A stretch of DNA of 61,261 bases, counting the filler, from Barthelona sp. PAP020 (lineage: Eukaryota), in the NCBI GenBank assembly GCA_040182905.1. It is 3 parts of 3 records of this genome, joined end to end, with 100 filler letters (N's around TTAATTAATTAA, not from the genome) between each part and the next. Parts side by side here need not be neighbours in the genome. Positions count along the whole stretch, not along the records: positions 41,023 to 61,261 come from JARQWU010000191.1; 2 more parts are not named here. One strand, 5' to 3'. Position numbers and translations under genes: made by a program. The notes beneath the pieces are model-generated. The model had not been told where the DNA came from. It saw nothing but the letters and a program-made list of their open reading frames with translations, and did not search any database. The first letter of the stretch is position 1; the number at the start of each line of letters is the position of its first letter. Of this stretch, positions 43,661 through 58,600 are shown one piece after another.

Positions 43661-46600
43661 AATCAACTGATGGATTGGATGAATCTTTATTTATTCCTTC
43701 CATTGAACGTATTGAAAGGAAAGATAGAATGCCTTTATCTTTTGCTCAAAATAGGTTATGGTTTTTGAATGAATTATTGGTTGATGAACAAAAAGCTTTG
43801 TACAATATGTATATACCTTTTGAAATTGATGGACATGTTGATGTTGAGAGATTTAAACAAGCAATTGTGAAGTTGATTGCCAGACATGAATCTTTCCGTA
43901 CATTTTTCAAATCAGAAAATGGTATTCCTTATACAATCATTAAAAATGAATGCGATTACATTTTTGAGTCTTGTGAATTGCAAAACGAGCAATTGATAAA
44001 TTCTTATATTCAGAAAGAAACTGAACGTATCTTTGATTTGGAAAATGGTCCATTAGTTGCATTTATTTTGTTAAAATTGAAGACGAAAACTTGTTTAATT
44101 ATCAATATGCATCATATTATTTCTGATGGTTGGTCAGAAGGTATTGTCTTTGATGAATTAAGTAAATTGTATGTTGGAGAAGAATTGAAAGAATTGGATC
44201 TTCAATATGTTGATTTTGCACATTGGCAACAGAATCATTTGACCAATAAATTTGAAAAACAAAAACAATATTGGTCTGAAGCTTTGAAAGGATTCTTGGA
44301 TGGATGTTCATTGCCGTTAGACTATGCTAGACCTGCAAAACCATCTTTTAGCGGTAACTTTTTAGATTTCCACATTTCAACCAATATTTCGAAATCATTA
44401 AATGCAATGGCAACTAATTACAACACTTCATTATTTATTGTTTTGTTAACCTGTTTACATATCAATGTTTCACGTTTTAATGGACAATTTCAATCTATTA
44501 TTGGATCTCCTGTTGCAAACAGAAATTATGAAGACATTGAAAAGATCATTGGTTTCTTCATCAACAATTTAGTGTTAACTGCTGATTTAAGTAAAGCTCA
44601 AACATTTGAAGAATTACTTGAAAATGTTAAAACCAATACCTTTAATGCATTTGAAAATCAAGATGTTCCTTTTGAACAATTAGTTGATCATTTGGATGTT
44701 AATAGAGCATTGAATCAAAATCCTCTTTATCAAATTGTTTTTAATTTGCTGAATATTAATCAAGAATTCCCTGATTTTGATGGTTTGAAAGTCAAAGAAA
44801 TTGATTATGATCAAACAACCTCTAAAATGGATTTACAAGTTATTGCTATTGAAACTCATGATGGTATTGATATTGGAATTGAATATTCAACAGAATTGTT
44901 CAAGCAATCGACAATTGAGTCATTCTATGAAAACTTTGAAACCATTTTAGAGACTGTAACTTCAAATCCTACCGTTAATTTAGGAGAAATTGATGTTTCC
45001 AACAATACCATGAAACGTCTTGCAGATTTTGGTGCTTTTGAACCAAACGACAATGAATCTTTTGTTTCAATGATTGACAAGTTTAATCGTGTTGTTAATT
45101 CATATGGTTCTAACATTGCTATTCGTGGTGTCAATAGATCATTAACATATAAACAATTAGATGAATGGACCAATCATTTGGCCAATAAAATTCTTGATAT
45201 TAGCAAATTCAGAAATATGCCATACATTGGTTTTTCAATGGAAAGAAGCCTTCCTGCATATGTCTTGATGTTAGCTATCATTAAAACTGGAAAAGCTTAT
45301 GTATTCATTGATTCTTCTTATTCATTCGATAGATTAGAAAGCATGTTTGAAGATTTAGAAATGACTTCAATAATCACTTCCAAAACCACTCAAAACAGAG
45401 AAATCTTTAATCAATTGAATGTTGAAATGATCGATTTTGATTTTGATGAAATCCAAACTGCTTCAAATCTCAGTGAAAAAATAATAATTACAAAAACTAC
45501 CCCTGCCTATTGCATTTTTACTTCGGGAACTACGGGTAAACCAAAAGGAACTTTGTTAGGACATTCAGGTATTGTGAATTTATCTAAATTCATTCAACAT
45601 CTTCCTAAATCCAAAGTTTCATTTTCTTCAACGTTATCTTTTGATGCCCATATATTTGAAGTTTGGACTTGTTTATTATGCGGTGGTGAAGGTATTGTTA
45701 TTCCTAAAGATGTTTATATTGATTCAGAACTTCTTGGAAAGTTTTTGAGTGAAACATCCATTGATTTCTTTATTTTTACCACTGGCTTATTGCATGCACA
45801 TATTGTAGCAAATATAGAAATGTTTGCCAACATTGGATGTGTTTTGGCAGGTGGTGAAGTGTTGAATGAAAAATTAGCCAAACATTTGATGTCTTCCAAA
45901 TTTAAACCTCAAAAATTCATCAATGGATATGGTCCTACAGAATGTACAACAATGTCTACCTTGTTTGATTTACAAGAATTGAGAGACAATCACAAAAACA
46001 TTCCAATAGGTAAGCCTGTTACCAATATCAACCACAAAATTGTTCATCCAATTTATTTAACAAGCCAACCCGTTGGAGCTGTTGGTGAATTATTGCTTGG
46101 TGGTTCTAGTTTGTGTTTATGGTATGTTAATCGTGAAGAATTGAATAAAGAAAGATTTATCTACATTAAAAACACAAGATATTATCGTACTGGTGATTTA
46201 GTTAGATGGTTAGATGATGGAAATATTGAGTATATTGGAAGAAATGATCATCAAGTTAAATTTAGAGGTTTTAGAATTGAATTAGAAGAAATTGAGAAAC
46301 ATTTGATTGCTATGGAAAGAATTTCCAATGCTTATGTTTGTTTAAAGAAAGATGGTATTGATCAGTTGGTTGGTTACATTGTTTTGGAAAACCATGATTT
46401 TGAAGATGAACATGAGACATTACTTTCAATTAAAGAAGCCTTAAGTAATGAAATACCTAATTATATGGTACCTACAGCATTCAAAATAATGGATAAATTT
46501 ATCTATAATAGTAATGGAAAAATCGATATGAAAGCTTTGCCCAAACCTATTGTTTTAACTAATAATACTGTGAAAACTCATTGTAGAGATGAATTGGATG

Positions 46601-49600
46601 TAAAACTCTGTAATTTAACTCGAGATTTATTGAACCTTGATGAATTGTTCATTGATGATGATTTCTTCCAATTGGGAGGTCATTCATTGTTGGCAACACA
46701 ATTACTTGCAAGAATTAAGAACCTGTTTGGTAGAGCACCAACTGTTCGTGATTTCTTCAAAGATGCAACTGTTAGAGCTCTTGCTGCCTTTGTTAAATCA
46801 AATGAAGGCATGGAAAATGAAGATGAGGAATTAGAAATGGAAAAATTACCTTCAGTTGTAACATTGCCACCCCTTTCATATTCACAACAAGCTATGGTTA
46901 TTGCAAGTGCTATTATTGATGATCCTTCAGTTTATAATATGGGTATCATTGTTCATTTTACTGAAGACATTGATTCAAAATTGCTTCAATTGGCATTAAA
47001 CGGTTTATTGATCAAGCACATCTCATTAAGAACGGTTGTTTCAAGCAAAGATGATGTATTCTATCAAAGAGTATCAGAAAGTACTCAATTTGAATTGGAA
47101 GTTATCAATTATGATGAACCTTGGAAAACTATTGATGAATTGAAGAAAGGAGTTGACCCTTTGTTATTGACCATGCATGATAAGTCATTTAATCTTGAAA
47201 TTGGTCCTTTAATTCGTGGACTTCTTGTCAACACTCACAAAGGACATTCAGTACTTTTCCTTTGTATGCATCATTTCTGTTCAGATGGATGGTCAATTTC
47301 TCTTATTCAGGATGATTTGTTTAAATTTTATACAACTTTGAAGAATAACAAAACTTTGAACATAGTTGAACCAAAATACAACTATATGGATTACTCCTTT
47401 TGGCAAAAGCAATTCTTGACACCCAATTATCATGGTTACAACAAACAAGTCCATTTCTACAAAGAAATGTTAAAGGATCACGAAGGTCATCTGCAATTAC
47501 CCGAAGATTTTGGTAGACCCCCTGTTTTTGACAACAATGGTTTTATTGTTAGGAGAGAGTTAAGTGGTTCTGTGTTAAAAAAATTACAAAGATTCTGTGA
47601 AGCCCAAAGTGTGACTCCTTATGTTTTATTAATGAGTGTTTTCCATCTTTTCCTCTACCGTTATACATTCCAAGAATCTATTGTTATTGGTACTCCTGTT
47701 GCTAATAGACCTAAACAAGAGTTTGAAGATATTGTTGGTTTCTTCGTTAACACTTTGCCAGTATGCCGTAATTTTGCTAAAAACATATCATTTATTGAAT
47801 ATCTCAAAGAATATAAGGATTTAGTTGGTAATGTACTGAATAATCAATCGGTTCCTTTTGAAAATATTATTGATTCTTTGAAAATTCCCAGACAATCTGA
47901 AAGAAATCCCTTGTTCCAAGCTATGTTTAACTTATTAGTTGAGAGTGAAGATACTTCATTTGAGAGTTGGAATCTTGACATATCTCAAGTGAAGTTTGAT
48001 TTCTCGTTGGTTGTTAATGTATCTAAGAATCTTTTTGAATTTGAATTTGCTTTTTGTGCTGGATTATTCAAACCAATTACTGGTGAAAGAATGGCTGATA
48101 ATTATATTCAACTTGTTAATTCTGTGTTATCCAATAATGAAGGAAAGATTCATAACTTGGAAATCATTAGTCCCTCAGAAATGGCTGAATTAAAGAGTGT
48201 CATGTATCCCAGACATGAATATCCAAGAGTCACCTTCCAAGAATTAATTGAGGAAGCTGTAACAAAATTCCCCAACCATTTAGCTTTGGTTTATGAAGAA
48301 AATAGATACACTTATACTGAATTTAACAATATAGTCAATCAATATGCCAATTATTTGCGTGCCCATGGTGTGACACGCGGTACACCCGTTGGTTTAACAA
48401 TGGAACGTAATGATCAATTAGTTATAGCTATTCATGCTATTCTCAAAGCAGGTGGTTTATACGTTGCCTGTGATCCTTCATATCCGAAAGAAAGAGTTGA
48501 ATATATGCTTAAAAAGGCAGATGCAACAATGATTTTTACACAAAGAGTATGTTTAGATATTCTTAAAGATTCAAAAGTTGATCAAGTTTTTGTTTTTGAA
48601 GATATGGATGTTTCTGGTTACTCAAAAGAGAATCCTTCTCTTATCGTGACGCCACTTGACTTGATGTATATCATTTATACATCTGGTTCCACTGGTCAAC
48701 CAAAGGGTTGTATGTTAAGACAAGAGAGTTTAGTTGCTAGATGTTATTGGATGCATATTGCTTTCAATGTTGTTCCAACTGATCATTTTATGTTTAGATC
48801 TCCATATTCATTCGATCCTTCAGTTTGGGAGTTGTTTACTCCTCTTATGTTTGGTGCTTCTCTGTACGTTTTACCTCATGATCAACATAAGGATCCTCTT
48901 CTATGTTCTGCCTTTGTGAAGAAGAATGGTATTACCTTTATTGGTTTTACTGCCTCTTTGATCAATTTGTGGCTTGACACATTTGATGAATATACCAATG
49001 AAACTGTTCGTGCTGTGTTCAGTCAAGGTGAAGCATTGCCTTTAAGCACAGAAAGAAGATTCCATAAAGTTAAACACAATCCAGATTGTGAACTAATCAA
49101 CATGTTTGGAGCCACTGAAACCTCAATTGATTCAACTTATTATTCATGCAAGGCAGATGATAAGTACATGTCTGTACCACTTGGTGTACCTTGTGAGAAT
49201 ACTTCTGTGTATATTTTAGATAAATACAGACAGTTGGTTCCTCATGGTGTTCGAGGTGAAATGACCCTTGGTGGTGTTTGTGTTGGTAATGGTTATATTA
49301 ATGATTATGATAAAACAGTTGCTAAATTCCTTCCAGATCCATTCCTTGACCCCAATGATGAATTATTGGGTAATGGTACCATGTATTGTACGGGTGATAT
49401 TGGATATTGGAATTGTGATAATTTACTTGCATACTATGCCAGAGCAGATTTCCAAGTAAAGATCAGAGGATATCGAATTGAGCTGTCCGAAATTGATTTC
49501 CACATCAAAAAATTGGATTTCATTCAAGATTGCATTGCAAATGTATTCAAGAGTGATGATGGTTCTGAGCCTAAGCTAGTTGCTTATGTTGTTGCTGACC

Positions 49601-52600
49601 CTGAAGATGGAAGAGATGAAGATACTTTGGTTAATGAAGCCAAAGAATTTTGTGCAACTCAGATGCCTTCTTATATGGTTCCTTCCATTTGGATGTTTTT
49701 ACCCAGACTTCCAAAGACTGCCAATGGAAAATATGACAGAAAGGGTTTGCCTGTGCCTACTGAAAAGGCTAAAGTTCATGTTAAAAGATCAATTGTTGCT
49801 CCATCAACGAATATTCAAAGTATGATTTTGGAGGTTTGGAAAGAATTGCTGCAAATGGAAGAAATTTCTATTGATGATAATTTCTTTGAATTAGGGGGAC
49901 ATTCATTATTGGCGACTAAGTTGGCTTTCAGATTACGAAAAATGGGTTATACCGTTAGTTTACAAAGCTTAATGGGTAATTTAACAATCATTGAATTGGA
50001 GAAAATGTTAGTTGATAGTAACTTGTCTTTGACAGTTTCAAGTATTAAAGCAGTACACAAGGATATTGGCAGTTATGTTGATATGCCTTTGTCTTTGGCT
50101 CAACAACGTATGCACTTTTTAGATCGATTATTGAATGGTAGTCCAATGTACAATGTTCCTATTGTTTTACGATTCAATGGAGAACTAAATATTGAAAATT
50201 TGATCAAGGCAACTCGTGCCATAGTTGATAGACATTGGATTTTGAGAACACATTATCAAACTGATGAGAATGGTATGGTTACGCAACAAATCTCATCTAA
50301 ATCAGATATTTCCTTCACTGTCATTGATTTATGTCAAGTCAATGACAATGAAAGCGAATTAAAAACCTATTTAACCAAGATTGTTAATACTACTTTTGAT
50401 ATAGTGAACGGTCCTGTAATTGAAGCTCATCTTTTTGTTCTATCTGAAAATACTTATGTTTTTGCACTGAATACTCATCATATTGCTACTGATGGATGGT
50501 CACTAGATCTCTTGTTCAAAGAACTCTCTGAATTTTACAAAGAATACACTGTTGGTATCCCTAACAATGTTCCTAAATTGCCTGTTCAATATGTTGATTA
50601 TGCTATATGGCAAAGGGAAAATTTGAAAGGTGATACTTTGAAGAAGAAAATAAATTATTGGATTGATCAGTTGAAAGATGTTTCAGACACAACAATTAAT
50701 CTTCCATATGATTTTGAAAGACCTAATGATATGAAGAATACAGGTGCTTTCTTGGATGGTGTTGTTAGCAAGCAAGTTTTCCAAAAACTTAAAATGCTTG
50801 CTAATTTCGAACAAACAACTACATTTACTGTTATTTTAGCCATATTTAATGTATTCTTAAGATTGTATTCCAATGATGATGTTATTTTGACTGGTGTTCC
50901 TGTTGCCAACAGAAATGCTGCTGAAATTGAAAATATTATTGGATTTTTCGTTAACACTGTTGTTATTGGCACTTATTTCAATGAACAGAGCACATTCATG
51001 GATATTTTGAAACAAACAAAAGACAGAATGACAGAAGCACATGAATATCAAGATATTCCCTTTGAAATGATTGTTGAACATCTTAAAGTTGATCGTAGAT
51101 TGAACCAAAATCCAGTTTTCCAAGTTATGTTTGATCATCAATTAGTTGGAGACAAATTACCTGACTTTGGAGGATCCAAAGTGAATTATGAGGACATCAG
51201 CTTTGAAAATTCAAAGTTCGACCTTTCATTGGTAACAAAAGAAGAGATAGATGGTTCTTTGAGTTTGGAGTTCGAATATTCTACTGAATTATTTGAAGAA
51301 GCCACAATATTAAGAATGATTGATAATATTTCTTCTGTTATTGAAGCAGTTGCCAGTCATCCAAAGATTTGTTTGAATTCTTTGAACCTGATTTCCGCAG
51401 CTGAATTGAAAACATTGGTTTCATTCGAAACACCTGCAGTTCCTGCTTGTACAAATGGTACTATTGTTGAATTGATTGCTAAACAATGTGTTGAACAAAG
51501 CCAAGAAACTGCCATTGTTTGGGGTAATTCTGAAAGATCATTTACATATGAGGATTTGGGTATACTAGCTGATAAAATTTCATATTGTTTGAGTGAGTTG
51601 AAGCATCAATCTGTAGTTGCAGTTTTTATTCCTCGATCTGAAATGATACCTGTATGTTTCTATGGCCTTTTGAAGCAAGGGTTGGTTTACTTGCCCATTG
51701 ATTGTGAATATCCAAATGATCGTATCAAATATATGTTGGAAGTTTGTGATGCAAAAGCGGTCATTACAACGGAAGCTTTACGCTCTAGAATTACTGAAAT
51801 CAACTCTAATGTGCTTACTGTTACCACTGAAAGATTATTTGAAATGCAACATAAAAAAGTGCATGGAGGTTCTCCAAAGCCTGAAGATATTGCATACATT
51901 CTATTTACATCTGGTTCAACAGGAAAGCCAAAGGGTGTTATGGTTCGACATGTTTCATTATTCAATGGATTTAATGCTTGGAATGATCTCTTTGGATTGA
52001 ATGATCTTCAAAGGCATCTTCAAATGGCTAATTATTCATTTGATGTGTCAATTGGAGATTTTACTCGTGTTCTGTGTTCTGGCAGCTCTTTGATCATGTG
52101 TCCTCGAGATTTGTTGTTATCCCCACCAGATTTACTTGAGATTATCAACAAGTATTCTATTGAATTCGCTGAATTTGTTCCTTCTGTTTTACGTGGATTA
52201 ATTGAATATGTAAAACAGGTTGGAGAATCTATGGATAGCTTTGTTGCTATTGCTTGTGGTTCTGATTTCTGGAGTGAACAAGATTATAATTCTGTTTTAG
52301 AAGGTCTGCCTCTTGAATGTCGATTGGTTAACACTTATGGATTAACTGAAGCCACAGTTGATAGTACATCATGGGAATCAAAAACTATTGTCAATGCGAA
52401 AACCGTTGGTGTTCCAATTGGAAAGCCTCAAGGAGGACAAGTTGTTCAAATTTTGAACAGACACACTTTTAACAGAGTACCTGTTAACGTTGTTGGTGAA
52501 ATTGTTATATCTGGTCCTTCTGTTGCTGTTGGTTACATTGGACAACCTGAATTAACATCAAAGCATTTTACAAATATTAATAACACCATGTATTATCGTA

Positions 52601-55600
52601 CAGGTGATCTTGGAAAATGGACAACTGATGGAAATATTACTTTGGTTGGCAGATCAGACTATCAAGTAAAGATTAGAGGTTTCCGTGTTGAATTGGGTGA
52701 AATTGAAAGTGTCATTACCACACATGAGAAAATAGATCAAAGTGTTGTTCTCATTCATGAACAAAATGGTCAAAAGTTTTTAATTGCTTTTGTGAAACCT
52801 ATTGATATTTTGGCTATCAATGATCCCAATTTCTTTATTCGTGATATTCTTGATTATTGTGCTGAACATTTGGCTTCTTATATGGTTCCACATACAGTTA
52901 CCGTTATGGAGACTTTCCCCTTGTCCAGAAATGGAAAAATTGACAGAAAAACTCTTCGCACTCATATTGACACTATTGCTGCTGATGTTGTTGTTGAAGG
53001 AGCTTATGAAGCACCTGAAAATGAAATTGAAAGAATAATGAGTGAAATTTGGTGTCTTGTTTTGAAAAGAGAGAAAATTTCCGTTCTTGATAATTTCTTC
53101 CAAATCGGTGGTGATTCGATATTATGCATTCAATTGGTATCTAAAGGACGTCAAAAAGGGTTGGTGTTTGAAATTAAAGAGATTTTCCAACATCCTTCCA
53201 TTCGTGAATTATCAACAAAAGCCAAATTAATGAAGGAAACTGTTTCTAAGATTGATCAAAAGCCTGTTATTGGTCTTGTTGAATTGAGTCCAATTCAGAA
53301 ATTATTCTTTGCTAGAAACCTCCGTAATCCCAATTATTACAATCAATCTATGCTTTTAGAAGTTGATAACAAAATAGTTCTCTCCAAAGAAATGGTGTTA
53401 TCTGCTTTTGAAAAGCTTATCAAAAGACATGATATTTTGAGAGCCACTTTTGTTGAGTCTGATGGAACATATTGTTGTCACGTGCTTCCTCCCTCAACAA
53501 TTCCTGGTTCTACTGTGGCTGAAGTCTCTGTTCAAGAAAAAGATATTTGTGATTGTTGTGTTGGTGTGAGTTCACATATTGATATCAGTGTTTTCCCATT
53601 ATTCAAATTGGCTATTATTCATGTTGATGCAAAACAATTGTTGTTCATTGCTATTCATCACTTAATTGTTGATGCTGTTTCTTGGAATGTAATTATTGAA
53701 GATTTGGATACATTGTTGGTTGGTGAAAGTAAACTTGGCTTAAAGACGAATTCTTTTGTTGAGTTCCAAATGAAAACACTTCAACAATACATGAAATCTG
53801 AAAACTATAAGAATTCAATTAATTACTGGAAGTCAATGAGCAATTTACAAAAGCACATTTCAATTGATAAGGTTTGCACATATAAAGCATCTGTGCAAAA
53901 AGAAATCGATATTGATTTTGCAGATTTCTTAAATCTTGACATTCCTGTTCAATATTTACTTATTGCTGCAATCTACAGTTCATATTGTGAATTTTATGAT
54001 GTTAAAGACCTTCTTGTTAATCTTGAATCTCATGGAAGAGAAGACGCGTTGCTGGGAATTGATACAACAGAAACTGTTGGTTGGTTTACCACTCAGTATC
54101 CACTTCTGTTGGAAGATTACAACAAATTCAACCATATTCAAGTTCTCAAGAATGTCGTTAATTCAATCAAATCAGTAACTAACAATGGGTTTGGTTATAT
54201 GGTTGGTACTCAATTTGGACAATTACAAAGTGGACCTCAACCAACACTGTCTTTCAATTATCTTGGTAGAAGTTCTGGAGGACAAACTGATGATAAAACT
54301 CTTTCTGTTTCCTCTTATGAACATGGTCTTGATGTTGATGAACAAAATGATCTTGAATTTGCCATTGATATCAATGTATCTATTGAAGAAGATCGTTTGG
54401 TTGGAAGCGTTGTTTCTTCATTAGATTGTGGATTTATGGATAACATTCTGACTATTTTAAACAAATTTAAGCAAGCTTTAACCGATTACGGAAAACGTAT
54501 TGTGACACCTATGGATTTCAAGTACTTCAAGATAAATCAAAGTGAGCTTGATTCATTTGAAGTTGTTCCTTCAAACATTTTACCTCTTACTCCTATGCAA
54601 TCTGCATTTGTTCTGGCTTCGATGTCTGATGATTCAGGTATGGCATACATTGAACAAGTAGGTTTTATGTTTAAGGGTGAAAATATTCGAATGGACTTAA
54701 TGAAAGAAACATGGAGGTTGATTATTAATCAATATGAAATATTGAAAACATCTATTGTTGAAACAGAAAATGGTTTGGCTCAAATTATCGTTCCTGAATT
54801 AGATTTTGAAAGTGTATGTCAAACTATCAATTATTCTCAACATTCAAGGAAAGTTGCTGAAGAAAAGTTGAAAGATTTACTTAAATATGATTTAGTCAAT
54901 TCACTTGATGTTTTAGGAAAACTACCTTATCGTTTGTATTTGATTCAAATGTCTTCTAATGAAATTGCTTTACTGTTTTCACATCACCATGCATTGTTGG
55001 ATGCTTGGTGTATGAACATTCTATTGAGGGATTTGATCGAAATATATGATCAATTAGCAAATAAAATGCCTGTCACTTTCTTAAAATCCACCAAGTATTC
55101 AACATATATTGAATGGTTGTATTCACAGGAACAAGAACAATCTTTAGAGTTTTTCAAGACATATTTGGATTCATTTACTCCAATGGAACCTATTAACATG
55201 AAAATGCAATTGAAAAAGGAAATTGAACCCTATAAATTCCATAAACAACAATTAGATTATGAATTTAGCAAAAGTTTGAACATTTACTGTCAATCTTCAA
55301 AAACCACACTTACCACTTTATTATTGAGTGGATTTGGTGTACTTTTAAGTCAATACTTTAATTCAAAAGACGTTTGTATGGGTTTAACAATGTCAGGAAG
55401 AAATATCAGTCTTGAAAACATTGAAAATACTTTGGGATTATTTATCAATACTTTACCCATTCGTGTTAACTTGGAAAAGTTGGAAAATATAAAAGGATTA
55501 ATTGAAAATGTTCACAACTCAATAATGAATGTTACCAGTCATTCTGAATGTTCTCTTATTGATATTCAAAAGAAGGTTGGATTGAGAAATCTGTTCCAGA

Positions 55601-58600
55601 CAATTTTCGTTTTGGAAAATGCCACATTGACCAGTGATGACGATTTTGACTTTGATAATTTGAAGAATTTCGATATTGAGTCAATCGAAGGCGTGTTTGA
55701 CAGTCAAACTGAACTACCATTGACTGTTGTTGTTCAACCAACTGAACAAATCACCATACAATTTGGTTATTACACAAATATTTTACCTACAGAATTTGTT
55801 AAGGTCTTAATGGACTCTTATGTGTACATATTGAAACAGATAATCAATTATGATGTTGAGCAACGTTTAACACTTACAAAACAATTGAACGTGATTACTC
55901 CAGAGCAAAAACACATGATGTTAAATACATTCAACAAAAACAGATATTCAATTCCTAGGGGAACAATTGTCAGTCATTTCGAAAAAATTGTTGAAACTCA
56001 TGCTAATTCAATAGCCATATCACACGATGATACGAAGATTTGTTACAAAGATCTTAATGAAAAGATCAACAGGTTAGCACATGCTATTCATGCGAAATAT
56101 CCAGTTGGATCACATATTGGTCTTTATATGGAGAAATCTATCAACTTTATCATTGCTTTGGTTGCTTCATTGAAAGCTGGATGTCCTTATGTTCCCATTT
56201 CCATGGAATATCCCATGAATCGTGTTGATTTCATATTTAAAGACGCAGATATTGCATTTATTCTTTCGACAAAAAGCCTAAATGAAAAATTAGAACTATC
56301 TATTGACTACCCAATTATTAATGTGGAAGATTGGATTGATAACACAGATATTCAACCAACGAATTTGAATTTACAAATTGGTGATGATGATATTGCATAT
56401 ATTATGTACACTTCTGGTTCCACAGGAAAACCCAAGGGAGCTTTGTTACCTCATCAAGCAGTTATTCGTACTTGTGTTGACAATCCAGAAATGCACTTCA
56501 CAGCTAATGATACTTGGGCTTTGTTGAACACTCCTGTGTTTGATATTTCTGTTGAAGAAATGTTTGTTCCTCTCTTGAATGGTGGTATTTTAAGCATATT
56601 CTTGAAGGATGAGGTTTTAGATTTTGAGTATCTTGCCAAGAAATTGAGATCACAAAAAGTTTCACACATGATTCTCACAACACAATTATTCAATAGATTT
56701 GCTGTTTCAGATTATGCTGATGTAATGAAGCAATTCACTTTGGTTCATTATGGTGGTGAAGCTGCAAATCCAGGAATAGTTCATAAGGTTGCTATCAACA
56801 AAAATATTCGTCCAAAGTATCTTATCAATTTGTATGGACCTACAGAAGCTTGTGTTCTTTCAAATGACTATTTCTCAGATTATGATAATCCAATTGACCC
56901 AAATTATAATGTTCCAATTGGACCTGCTATTGTTGGTACAAAAGCCTATGTCATTGATGAAATCATTCATCACAAAATAGTGCCAATTGGTGTTGCTGGT
57001 GAGCTGTTATTGACTGGTCATGCTGTTGCTCATGGTTATTTGAATAGACCTCAATTAAATCAGCAAAAATTCATAAAGAATCCTTTTGGAAATGAGAGAG
57101 CTTATCGTACCGGAGATTTAGTGAGATGGTTGCCAGATGGCAATTTGGATTATATTTCAAGAATTGATAATCAAGTTAAAATCCGTGGGTTCAGAGTTGA
57201 ATTATTGGAAATTGAAAACGCTATTGATATGATTGAAGATGTTGATCAATGTTGTGTCATTTTGAGAGAAGACACACCAGGAAACAAGAGAATTTGCGCA
57301 TATATCATTGTGAAACCTGGCAGAACACTGACAGGTGATGATATCACTGAGGCAATTAAAGACAAATTACCCACCTATGAAATTCCTTCAACTTATACAT
57401 TCATGGAAGATTTCCCATTGAATGTTAACGGAAAGATTGACAAGAAAGTTTTACCAAAACCAGCTGTTATCAATCAAATTGCCACAACAAGAGAATTATC
57501 TGAGATTGAATCTATTTTGGTGGATGTTGTTGCCAACATTTTGGGTTATGAAAGCCATGAAATCAACATTGATTCCAACTTTTTCCAACTTGGTGGTGAT
57601 TCTATTTTGGCAATTCAACTTGTTTCCAGTTTGAAAGCAAAGAAATATAAATTGGCTGTGAAAAAGGTTTTCGATTCACCAGTGTTATCATCAATGGTTG
57701 TTCACATAACAAAAATTCAGCCAAGAAAAGGCAAACAACAAGCAACTCCATTGGTTGGTCCCGTTGACATGTTACCCATTCAAAAATGGTTCTTTGACAG
57801 AAAGTTTTCCAATGCTAATCATTTTAATCAATCATTTGCGTTGAGTTGTGTTGACAATCTTGAATTTGTCCAAAAAGCTATTGATATTTTGATTGTCAGA
57901 CATGATGTTTTCCGTGCTCAATTTACTGAAAGTCAAATGAACATTCAAGACATATCTCAAGTCAGATATGAAGTTGAACGTTGCGTTATTTCTGATATGA
58001 ACGCATTAACTGAAATGATGAAGAAGGAACAATCACAATTAAATATTTATTGTGCACCTCTTTTCTCCATCAAATTAATAGTCTTTGAAAAAGACTGCTA
58101 TCTTGCATGTGCTTTCCATCATCTTATTATTGATGTTGTGTCTTGGAAAGTAATTCGCGATGATCTTGTTCAATTGTACGAACAATACAAGCAAAATAAA
58201 CCTCTGCAATTACCCATGATTTCACATTCAATCAAGGATTGGAGAAATGCTATCATGAATGTTAACCATGATGTTTCCATTTGGGATTTCATGCAAAATA
58301 TTCAACCTCTTCCAATTGAAAAGTCTTCTCAAGAAATTGTAGGATTTGCTAAATCCTTGTCTGTTGAACAAACAAAGAAATTATTATATGAAAGTATCAA
58401 GGGATTAAATTTGAATGTTAATGAAATTCTTCTTTCTGCTTTGAGTATGACTCTTAATGATATCTATTCTGCAAGTAAATTTAGTGTTCTCGTTGAATCT
58501 CATGGTAGAGATATGAATATTGATTGTGATGTTTCTCAAACTGTTGGATGGTTTACTTCTGCATATCCTGTTTTGTTAAAGAATGAAACTGATCATGTTC

